A DNA stretch of 64,000 nucleotides from Takakia lepidozioides (Eukaryota; Plantae; Bryophyta). The DNA is taken from NCBI GenBank assembly GCA_030704615.1, contig CM060733.1:7130001-7194000 (forward strand). Reading direction: 5' to 3'. The translations under genes were made by a program, and so were the position numbers. Of this stretch, positions 38,470-49,701 are shown piece after piece. Numbering within the stretch: position 1 is the first letter of the stretch; each line of letters opens with the position of its first letter. Under the pieces are notes generated by a model. The model ran no database searches, was not told where the DNA came from, and saw only the letters and a program-made list of their open reading frames with translations.

Positions 38470-38799
38470 CATTTGTTGTAGATGATAAATTGCATCCGCA
38501 AATTGAGGAAATCCATGCTGAGCTGAGGAGATTGTTTGGGCAGATGAAGCAGGTGGGGTACATGCCTGATACACGCTTTGTCTTGCATGATGTCGAGGAG
38601 GAGCAAAAAGGAACTTTCTCTTACCACAGTGAGAAGTTGGCCATTGCTTTGGGCTCATCAGCACACCCCCGGGATGCCCATCGGCATCATCAAGAACCTT
38701 CGGGTGTGTGGTGACTGCCATGCAGCCACCAAGTTCATCACAACGATTGTTGGGCGAGCAGTTGTTGATGGGGTTTGTTCATGTGGAGATTACTGGTAA
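38470..38799 (+). pseudogene. Isolated DYW-domain remnant
   Basis: [57 protein letters not shown]; frameshifts, a deletion of RDANRFHHF, and no upstream PPRs. Confidence 0.85.
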
Positions 38800-39339
38800 A
38801 TCAAGCCCTTAAATGATAGAATGTGCATCCCTGAGAGTGAAACAGGCAACATGCATGGATGCCGGTGCTTTGCTGCAAACATACTGCAGAAAGGTCCTAA
38901 TTTGTCATTATTTTTGTGAGTGCAGAGTAAAGTTGATAGAAAACTGGGAAGCTGGAAGAAGCAAAATGAACCAAAAGATCCCAGAAACCGATGTTAACAG
39001 CAAATATCCAAGAGTTTGTGGTGGATCCCTTGTGTACACTTTGCCTGAACTTGGAGCCATTGGGGTACGCGGGTGCTGTTGTTACATGAATGAGCGATGG
39101 GTCATTTCACATACTAGGAAGTATTGCACTTGGATTCCACCACAAGGGATTTTGAGGTTATAGTTAAATCAAAAACAGTTTTCAGTTCTGTGCACAAGTC
39201 TGATTTCACTTGCTACATGAAGGGCATATGCCACACCCTTGTAAGGCTCTTTACACTTTCATTCAGAGTCAGCTTGCAACTTTGACCTCCCAGTGAGAAG
39301 ATTGATCTGTTGCTGAAGATGGGAGAGGTTTATAAAGTT

Positions 39340-40307
39340 GGTTGCTTTTTCCTCGTTCATCGACATCTTTTCATCCACGGAAGCTCCAAATTTTTCAAAT
39401 CCTCCGAGAATTCATCCCTGTTAAGGGGATCCTCTTCGGAAGAGCAGGCAGGAGATTGATGGCGGTGCAATGGAGATGCGGCTTCTCAATGGCAGGGGAA
39501 GTGAAGAAAGGTATGGACTCGTAACTCTTTGTATGTAGCATTCAGTGGGTTGTGGGCGTCGGAGCGATCCAGGCTCCAGAAAACAAGTTCACTGGATTCT
39601 GTCAGGCAAAAACGGAAATCCCGCTTTGAAATCCAAGCATTTTTGAGCTCACTCTTTTATGTCGGTTGCCAGTTAGCTTGGATATGAAGCACATTGCTGT
39701 GTCTCAGCTGGAGCAGGGGAGAAATAATTCCCAGCCACACTCAGGGGGTAATACGGGGTAGAGAGAGATGTACTCGTTGGCCGTTGACTGACTTCTTCTG
39801 AGGTACTTGTCGCTGGAGGATATCAACCCTTTGCAAGTCGGTTGTGGGATTCTTTGCACGTATGCCAATCCAGTCCGAAACGGCATCATGCTAGCACAGC
39901 CAACAGCAATCCGGTTAGACGGGATCCAGTGGTGTAAGGTTGGTAGAGGTTGAAAACACTACGGTGAATCACACTGCTGCTCTAGGCTGTGATGGCACTG
40001 AAGGGAGAGAGAATGTACTCACAAGACGTTGTTTGCCGTAGCCTTGTGGCCATTGACCCCGCGCCCACTTTAAACGGAACACAAAGGGACAGAAACTACC
40101 TTTGTCAGGGGCTGGCGCCGGTAGTATGACTTACCTTGGAACAGAAGCCGAGTTTTCCAGATATCCTCTAGAAATCCCTTTACACAAGCATCAATCTGCC
40201 TTGTGTGATTTGCCCCACTGAATAGAGAGAGAGAGAGAGAGAATGTACTCATAAGACGTTGTTTGCCGTAGCCTTGTGGCCATTGACCCCGCGCCCAGTT
40301 TGAGCGG

Positions 40308-40342
<35 letters not shown>

Positions 40343-43295
40343 TCGACCAACATTTCTTGTTAAGGTCACGCAATTACGAGACGCCAAACGGTTATGTTTA
40401 ATGTGTTTGCATGCAGACCAAGCAATTAGCAGAGAGCTGCTGTTGGGCAGGATCATACCTTAGATCCTTCACAGTGGTGCGACAACTGGTCTGATAAGGT
40501 GGCTGTGTGGATTTCCATCCAATCAGTTTTAGTTCCTAGAACAGAAAGGATTCCTTTCCGACTGATGCTGGTGATGGTGTACGTTTATGTACTAGACCCT
40601 CCATTGGCAAGTGATCATAATAATCATTGTTTATCACATCTGCTATATTAGTAGGTTTTTGACCTGCGAAATCGATTTGTCCGTTGATGGACATACTTGT
40701 GGAAATTTTTGTATGCTGGTCTATATGGAGTTTGGTTAAAGCTATTGGTGCTCAGCTGCGCACTGGTGGTTTTGCAGAAAAGTCCGAGAACCAGATTTCA
40801 GGCATACGCATACACATGAGGTTCTTTGGATTGACTGTTGGTTGGTTCCTCCTTGGCTGAAAGCAGAGTTGACTGCCATGTGCGAGAATGGAGCACAATT
40901 TATGTGTAGTCTGGTCTCGGTGCACACCCCAGAGCTTCAGGCCGAGAATATGTCGGGTACTGGTCTGATGATGATCAAGGGTTTCAACTCAGGCATGAAC
41001 TGGCGACAGTCCATTCAAAAAATAGTTCTGTAATACTGTAAAGACTGTTCTGAGGAATTTGCAGTGTCTAGAAGTCTTAAAATATATTGTGTAAGTTGGA
41101 GTTTAACGTTTGCAGGTAAGACATTTGAGTCATGCAGGATGGTAGCATTAAATCAGGCACAATTGTTAGTCGGACATCAGACTGGTGCCAGGGGTAGCCC
41201 CTCTGCTTTTAACAGAGGACCAGGAGAGGCAGTTAACAAGAATTCTTCTGGGACTTTTGAGTGTGTGAGGACACTATGTAAGACTGGACAACTGTAAGAG
41301 GCACTCCACATTCTGGACCAACCAGGCATCCGGGCAGACTCCAGCACTTATCTCTGCCTCTTGCAGGAGTGCATCAACAAGAAAGACCTAGCATGGGGAA
41401 AACAGGTGCAAGCGAACATCATGCAGAGTGGATTAAAGCCAAACATTTTTCTTCTCAACACCCTCGTCAACATGTATGTCAAGTGTGGGATTGGACAAAA
41501 TGCCTGAACGGGATATGCGTACATGGACTATGATGGTGGCAGGATATGCCAAGCATGGACATGCTGAGGAGGCTTTCAAAATCTATGAAGAAATGGACGG
41601 GAAGATGTAATGCCAGACAGGGTAACATTCACTTGTGTTCTCAATGCATGTGCCAGCTTAGGAGCCCTGCAAATGAGCAAGAAGGTCCATGTAGACGTCA
41701 TGAAAGTTGGGATTGTGCCAGATATTATCCTACAAAATACCAATATGTATGCCAAATGTAGGAGCATGAAGGATGCACTTGAAGTGTTTGAGAATATGGC
41801 TAGACGAAATGTGGTTTCATGGAGTACAATGATTGCAGGTTATGCCCGATGTTAGTGTGGTATGGAGGCTCTCAAGACCTATGAGCAAATGCAACAGGAA
41901 GGCTTAACCCCTGACAGGGTCACTTTCACTTGTGTTCTCAATGCATGTGCCAGCCTAGGAGCCCTGTAAAATGGGAAACAGGTCCTTACTGATGTCATCA
42001 AAGCTCGAATTGCACCAGATGTGATTCTGGAGACTGCCCTTGCTGACATGTATGCCAAATGCGGTAGAAGGAAGGATGCACATCAAGTTTTCGCAAATAT
42101 GGCTGAATGAAATGTGGTCTCATGGAGCGCAATGATTGCAGGATATACTCAGAATGGGTGTGGTAGGGAGGCTTTTGAGGTCTATGAGCAAATGCAACTG
42201 GAAGGGGTGACACCAAACAGAGTCACGTTCATTTGTGTTCTTGACGCATGTGCCAATCTGGGAGCCCTACAAAAGGGCGTCATACATCAATTTGGAGACA
42301 GTGCTTGCTGACATGTATCCCAAATGTGGGAGCATGAAGGATGCACGTCAAGTGTTCATGAACATGGCTAAACGAGATCTGGCCTCATGGAGTGTGATGA
42401 TGGCTGGATATGCACAGCATGGCTGTGGTAGGGAGGCAATGCAACTATTTGAACAAATGCAGCAGGAGGGATTAGAGCCAGACAGTATCACATTTATATC
42501 CCTTCTCTCTGCATGTAGCCATGTGGGTCTAGTGGACGAAGGCTGTCACTACTTTGATTCCATGAGTTGGGATCATGGCCTGACTCCTACAGTGGAGCAT
42601 TTTGGCTGCATGGTGGACCTTCTTGGCCGTGCAGGGCAATTGGAAGAGAAGACCTCATTGACAAAATGCCAATTGATCCAGATGCTGGGGTGTGGAGGGC
42701 CTTGCTTGGTGCCTGCAGAATTCATGGTGTTGTGGAGGTATCAGAACGTGACGCAAAATGCATTGTTGAGAGTGATCCATGGCATGCTGCAGCTTATGTG
42801 CTGCTATCAAATATCTATGCTGCAGCTGGCAGGTGGGATGATAAAGCAAAGGTGAGAAAAATGATGGAGGACAGAGGTGTAAGAAAGGAGCCAGGGTGCA
42901 GCTGCATTGAGGTCGACGATCAGGTGCACACGTTCGTTGTAGAAGACAGAGTGCATCCACAAATTGATGAGATCCATGCTGAGTTGAAAATATTGTCAGT
43001 GTGGATGAAGGAAGCAGGATATGTTCCTGACACACATCTTGTATTGCATGACGTGGAGGAGCAAAAGGAACTTTCTCTTTGCTACCACAGTGAGAAGCTT
43101 GCCATTGCCTTTGGCCTCATCAGCACACCACCTGGGATGCCCATGCACATCATCAAGAACCTGCGAGTGTGTGGTGACTGCCACACTGCCACCAAGTTAA
43201 TCTCAAAGATTGTTAGGCGAGCAGTTGTTGTACGGGATGCAAACCGCTTTCACCATTTTGAAGATGGGGTTTGTTCTTGTGGCGATTATTGGTGA
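39340..43295 (+). pseudogene. PDF-motif / PLS-PPR / E / DYW paralog, pseudogenised
   Basis: Exon-1 donor AAAG|GT at 39510. Exon 40417-40498 (..DPSQWCDNWSDK). Exon 40778-40956 (PDFRHTHTHEVLWIDCWLVPPWLKAEL). PPR exon from 41138 with many stops and frameshifts. DYW ends CSCGDYW* at 43295. Confidence 0.85.
40005..40339. repeat. ~65-bp direct repeat pair with (GA)n tracts
   Basis: GAGAATGTACTCA(C/T)AAGACGTTGTTTGCCGTAGCCTTGTGGCCATTGACCCCGCGCCCA at ~40010 and ~40240; (GA)n at ~40225 and ~40311-40339. Confidence 0.85.
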
Positions 43296-44237
43296 AATAA
43301 AGTACAATTTTTGGTAAATACAAAATGTCCTAAGCAATCCTAAGCAAGATTTACTGCAATTTTGAGATCTGGCCATCCTGCAGATCACCTTTTCTATGTT
43401 GAACAAGGAACCTTTTCTATGTTCCCAAAAGATGGAGTTGGGAACTTGTGTTTGCAACCATCTTCGCGTGACTGCCGCGCTACACATGCGGGCGACCCAC
43501 AAGAGCTCCCAGATCAGCAATCACTGCTTATTTTTAGTTGTGGCTACATTTCTTACTGAAATTTCAAGTAATTTAATGCATAAATTATAGATACACCATC
43601 GCATTTGGGTCTAGGATTTCCGCATGTCTTAGCCTCTCAATCATTTTCTTTCTATCTATAGTTTGAAACATTATTGAAAGACCATGTATACAAAATTCTA
43701 CCTAAACTGAACTGTGCAGGTCAAGGGACTTGTAAACATGCAACTGCAAATGTATATGCTACAAAAAGTCGGAGTACTACAAGCATAAAAGGCGCCACAT
43801 GCCCTGGATCATTTTGATGGGTGCGCAGATTTCAATCTCTAGTGTTGTACATCAATACGCAAGTGATACCTCCTGAGTATTAAATATCCTGAATCTTACC
43901 AGCTAGAGACTGCTGTTTCAATCAACTATAGTATATGATTCATGAGCATCATCTTGTCCAAGTGCTATCACTTGTATAATTTTCTCATCTACAAGTTCAT
44001 GTTCTTTCTGTTAGTGGTTTTCTAAAATGCTAGTCAGACATAGATTTGTGCACTTTGTGATCCATCATCAAAATGGTGACAAAACCTATGCAAAAACTCT
44101 GTAAAAGCTTTGTAAAAGACCCAAATAAAATGACTGTACATTTGTAGCAAACTAAGAATGTGTCACAAACGAAGGTGACGAATGATGATCCACAATTGTC
44201 ATTGAAAGAAAAGCCTCACTAAGTCTTCAAAACTGTA

Positions 44238-44726
44238 CTAGTGGAGTGGAGGCCCGTCCGCGGTTTCCACCATCCTTCTCAGACGAGCCACAAACCGGGT
44301 CACTTGTGGACTCAGAGCAATAAGACGGATCATTTCTGGACTCGGAGCAATACTTTGTTCTGCTCTAACTAAGTTTGTAAATGGGGCAGAACTTGCGAGC
44401 TCAGTAGACCTGAGTGGCCTGGGGCGGGGTGGAATTCCAGGAGCTTCATACCACCTTGCCGTCACTGTCGTTTGTTCCTCAGGCCCGCCATAGATGGGGA
44501 TTACCTTGTCAGGTTCGATAGCTTCCATGTACACGGGGCACAATTTGTCGAAGCCCCTATTAAGCCACCGATAGATGCAAGACCAGCAAAATGCATGGCC
44601 GCACCTGGTAAGTACAGGTTCACTGGGAAGGTCGAGGCAGATATTGCACTCGAAGGTAGAGCTACGCCTGATCCTGCTCGACACCAGAGGGATCGTAGTG
44701 CCAATTGCAGGAATGTTGGTGGCCAT
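44238..44726 (-). CDS. C3HC4 RING E3 ligase, RMA/RNF5-like, divergent
   Basis: FECNICLD..EPVLTRCGHAFCWSCIYRWL..CPVY..VIPIYG..IPPRP. The ATG at 44726 follows an AG acceptor, suggesting a 5'-UTR intron 44882-44727. Confidence 0.8.
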   Translation of the reverse strand: MATNIPAIGTTIPLVSSRIRRSSTFECNICLDLPSEPVLTRCGHAFCWSCIYRWLNRGFDKLCPVYMEAIEPDKVIPIYGGPEEQTTVTARWYEAPGIPPRPRPLRSTELASSAPFTNLVRAEQSIAPSPEMIRLIALSPQVTRFVARLRRMVETADGPPLH

Positions 44727-45713
44727 CTGGACAGACATAAACAACAACAGCACTTAGAGGGACCCGTGGAAAATTCAACAAAGAGAAAATCTGATTTAAG
44801 ATCAGAGTATATAGATATTTACAGACTGAACAAATATTGAGCTTGCAAGAGATTAGAAAATGAAACAGCAGCGAAATCTCACCTGTACCGCAGAACAAGG
44901 TAGCCCACCACGGAAAACGGCGCAGACATCGTGAAACTACTGTAGAATGGAGAAGAGCGGCGAGAGAGAGACTGTGTGAACAACTACAGAAAAGTAGTTG
45001 GCCTGAATCCACTCTGGATAGTCACCTGGATAATCCACCTGCTTACCCTCTGCTAGGCTTTTCATGTTGATGCAAACCTGCAAGAGAGAGAAGCAGATCT
45101 TGGAGTCGACTCAAATGCCTAGTTGGCTCAACCCGTGCCCGATTCCAACAATTGTGCCCGATTCAACACTGCCATCCTGCACAATCAAAAGTTCTTAGCT
45201 ACAAACCTTAGACCAAAGTCACATAGTATATCTCATTGCTGTGAGATACTTCAAAGGAAAGATCACTAAACCCTAAACCTTCCAAAACTTCTACAGTGTT
45301 CTGCTTTTCAGATCTGTTTGAAATAGAACCCTCAAAAGATTCTTGGGCGTGACCTCATGGGCATTAAAATCATCACCAGTTTTTGTTTGACCTTGTAAAT
45401 TGGCAGCTAACTCTTTGCCAAGAAGGGTATGACCAACCCTGAATTCAAAGTCCCTGGTTTGAGCACTTACATCTGAATAGCTTCAGGAACATCCTTGCAC
45501 AGACCAGGCTACAACACCAAAGCTCTAAAAAGGCAGTAATTGCTGCTAGTAACAATAAGAACTTTTCTTACTGCTTTTCCACAAAGGTGAGCAAAAATGG
45601 CATTCCTTTACGCAACTAGGGATGCAATCTATTCCACAAAATATTATCATGCCAGTTTCAGTCATAAGCCGTCCTTGACAGACTATCTAATGTGCTAATG
45701 AAGACCACCTCAC

Positions 45714-45792
45714 CTTATGAAACATGTTGTCCCACCTCTGTGAAGAATCTGAGAAGAACTCCTGCAGAGCCATTCTTTGCTCATTCCTTGAT
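45714..45792 (-). pseudogene. Orphan copy of the PDF-motif first-half exon
   Basis: AG/GT-bounded 79-nt homologue of the 80-nt exon (QGMSKEWL-fs-QEFFSDSSQRWDNMFHK), about 70 bp downstream of the DYW stop. Confidence 0.75.
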
Positions 45793-45864
45793 CTGCATGC
45801 AAGGACTGCAAGGATTCTACGAGGATTCTAGGTCTTCCAAAAAAACACCCTGCCAATACTTGCA

Positions 45865-48800
45865 TCACCAATAATCCCCACAAGTACAAGCCCCATCTTG
45901 GAAGTGGTGAAAGCGATTGGCATCCCTTACAACAACTGTTCGCCCTTCTATCTTTGAGATGAACTTGATGGCAGTGTGGCAGTCACCACACACACGAAGG
46001 TTTTTTATGATGGTGAGAGGTGTCTGAGGGGGCGTGTTCATGAGTCCAAAAGCAATGGCCAGTTTCTCACTGTGGTAGGTAAGAGAAAGTTCCTTTTGCT
46101 CCTCTTCCACATCGTGCAAAATAAAGCGAGTGTCAGGCACATACCCCACCAGCTTCATCCGCTCATACACTCTCTTCAGTTCAGCATGGATCTCCTCAAT
46201 TTGAGGATGCAATTTGTCTTCTACAAGGAACCTATGCACCTGGTTGTCAACCTCAATGCAGCTGCAACCAGGCTCCTTCCGCACACCTCTATCCTCCATC
46301 ATTTTTCTCACCTTTGATGCATCGTCCCATCTACCAGCTGAAGCATAGATGTTTGCAAGCAGCACATATGCTGCAGCATGCTGAGGATCACAAATGATAA
46401 TGTTTTTTGCTGCCCGCTCTGCTACCTCCACATTGCTATGAGTTCTGCATGCACCAAGCAAGGCCCTCCACACCACAGCTCCCGGTTTGATTGGCATTTT
46501 GTTAATGAAGTCCTCTGCCTCTTTCAATCTCCCTGCACGACCAAGAAGGTCCACCATGCAGCCAAAATGCTCCACTGTAGGAGTAAGGCCATAATCACAA
46601 TTCATGGAATCAAAGTAGTGACGGCCTTCATAAACCAAGCCCACATGGCTACAAGCTGACAGAAGAGATATAAATGTGATAGCATTCGGTTTCAAGCCTT
46701 GCCCTTGCATTTGTTGAAACAGTTCCAGGGCCTCCCTACCACACCCATGTTGGGCATATCCTTCGATCATTGCACTCCATGAGACCACATCTCGTCGAGC
46801 CATATTGTCAAACACTTGACGTGCATCCTTTACACTTCTGCATTTGCCATACATGTCAACTAGGGCATTCTCCAAAATCAAATCTGGTGCAATTCCAGCC
46901 TTGACTATATCAGCATGGACTTCTTTGCCTTTTTCAAGAGATCCTACACTGGCACATGCATTGAGCACACAAGTGAACATGATCCTGTCAGGCATTAATC
47001 CTTCCTTCTGCATTTCTTCGTAGACCGCGAAAGCTTCCCTACCATACCCTCGCTGAGCATATCCTGCAATCATCGCACTCCATGAGACTATATTTCGTGA
47101 GGCCATCTTCTCAAACACTTCGCAAGCATCCTTCATGCTCCCACATTTGGCATACATGTCGACAAGGGAATTTTCCAGGATGGTATCCAGAGGAATTCCA
47201 CTTTTGCTGATGTCAGCATGGACTCGCTTGCCCTTTTCAAGGGCTCTTAGGCTGGCACAAGCATTGAGAATGCACGTAAATGTGACCCCGTCAGGCCTCA
47301 CCCCTTTCACATACATTTGCTCATAGGTCTTAAAAGCCTCCTCAGCACGCCCATGCTTTGCATATGCTGCCATCATCATTGTCCATGTAAACACATCTCG
47401 ATCAGGCATTTTGTCAAACACTTGGCGTGCATCAACCATGCTCCCACACTTGGCATAGAATTTTACAAGGTTATTAAGTACATATATTTTTGGTTTGAAT
47501 CCACTTAGAATAATGTGGGCATGCACCTTCTTTCCTTCTGCTAGGTTGTTCTTGTTCATGCACTCCTGCAACAGACACATGTAAGTATTGGAGTCTGCCC
47601 TAATGCCTGGTTGGTTCAAAATTCGCAGTGCATCTTTCAGTCGTCCTGCCTTACATAGTGCCCTCACATTCCCACACGTGCCAGAAGAGTCCTTATTGAT
47701 TCCCTTTCTTGGCCCTCTTTCGAAACCGATGGTGCTACCCTTGGTGCCAGTCTGATGTTCAGTAAACAACAGTGACAGATTCAACCCTGCCAACCTGCAT
47801 GCCTTTCAACTCTTAGTTGCTACCCCTGACAATGTCTCAAATTCACACACTCCATCCCGAAGCTATTAATTACTTCCAAGAAGGATCTCTTTATAAGGAC
47901 AGGCTTCTTGCTCCATGCAGACAGGTTTATAATCTGTTGCAGTCATATAGTTTGACAATCACCAAGAACAAACTCCACAATTTTGTTTGTTTGACTTGCA
48001 AACCTTGACTCTCAGTGAATCAGTACCGGTTGTATTCTAGGCCTGGCGCTCCATGGTGAACCTCAACATTGGAACCATCCCCAAAATGTGCTCGACCTTG
48101 TCTCATGGCAGCTACCGCTGCTTTCACCCAAGGAGGGTTCGACCAACCCTCAATCCAAAGGACCTCCTTAGTGCGCTTATGTCTGAAGTCTGGCGATCTT
48201 GCATTTTTCTGTGGAAACCACCGGTCTGCAGCTGAGCAGCAATAACTTTACCCATAGCTTCACATACACCGGGCTACAACCACCAATGCCACAATTATAA
48301 ACAATCAACTTCAACTCTATTGTATTTTAACCACTGATCCAGATATTGCCATCACTTCAGGATATTGCCCTTCAGAAAAAAAAAACTCTTGCAAATATGA
48401 CATCTTAACTGTCATTGACTGGAAATATCTTCCATGTGCGAGAACACATTGTAGCGAGGACGATTACTTGAAAACGTCATTTCTATCCTAGGAGCTAAAG
48501 GAGATTGGGTAACCATAGAGATACCCTAACCTTATCAGCCCTGTTGTCCCACCACTGTGAAGGATCTGACATGAACTCCTGCCAAAGCTGTTCGATGTTC
48601 AGAGTTTGACCTGCATGTAACACCATAGAAATTGGTTCTTTCAAGCCACAAACAAGCATGAAAATAACTACCCCTCTCTCTCGCTCATACTAAGCTATCA
48701 AACAGTTCAGATATTCAAGAACATCATGAAAAGAAGAAATCAGTGTCGATTGCACTCAATTTCATCTATAGCCCTTAGCCCTTGTATGATCACAAAGTGA

Positions 48801-49116
48801 ACTTTTCCAGCCAAATGGAAACATTTCGGCTGGAACCGGCCAAGGAAAACCCATCACTCGGAATCACCAATTCAGATGATTCCATGATTTACACAAAGAG
48901 ATACATGTCCACACCTTTGTTTTGTTCTCCCATAGGCTGGGCGAGCGCCATGGCCATCAATTGCGAGCCTCTCGATCCCGGAACTTCCAAGATGGATGCC
49001 CATTTCAACTGCAGAACCTGGCCCGCTAATCTGCGATACTGTTTGAAGCCTCCCACCCATTCCGAGCAAGGAGACGTCAGGGTTTTGGGTATGGCTTCTC
49101 CGCAGCGCGCTGCCAT
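45865..49116 (-). CDS. Intact 4-exon gene: N-terminal leader + OSB-type PDF motif + PLS-PPR + E1/E2 + DYW deaminase (797 aa predicted)
   Basis: Exons 49116-48915, 48610-48531, 48208-48027 and 47794-45865; all introns GT-AG with compatible phases (1, 0, 2); 2394 nt with no internal stop. PDF motif: [19 protein letters not shown]|[28 protein letters not shown]. About 11 P/L/S motifs; HSEKLA, CGDCH, terminal DYW. Confidence 0.88.
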
Positions 49117-49701
49117 CCCTGCGCTCGCCAAGACACTTTTGCTCCCGAGGAGATTGACAGAATGCCATCACCCATGGATGAATACGTGACCCCGTTTGAT
49201 GGATGACGACATCCATCTCAAAATTCTTTCGTCACGTTAGGCCTTCGCGTTCCATTCCATCCGATTGAAAAATGGTGAAGGCAAGTGTGACAATATAAAA
49301 CGATGGTTCTAATTTTTTCCCCTCCTATGTAGACGATTTTTCCTGATCAGGTGACCACAATCCGCGTTTCCGCCTTACAAAGCAATCCTCAAAACTCTCA
49401 AAAGAGAGAGAGAGAAAAGTGTTTCGACTGAAGCCAGCGTAAATAAGAGCCGCTCAATACATAGGTAAGCAATGCAATTTTCTTTCAATGCGGCATAATT
49501 CACATCTTTTACACTTTCGCTCATTTGATATCTCCACCCCCAACAAAAGGAAAAGCCTAGACGGCGCCTGAACCTTGCATAATTGAGAACCACTCTGCCT
49601 TTTCAATTGGCGGCCCTTTGCACTATAAAAACACAACCTCTTTGGGCAATGTGGGACCACCAACTCATTCCCAAGGAAGTGTAAAAATAAAAATAAAAAT
49701 A

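Noticed and set aside
45865-46290. U-to-C (DYW:KP-type) editing factor
   Set aside because: It has a PG box, HSEKLA and a DYW ending, typical of C-to-U enzymes.
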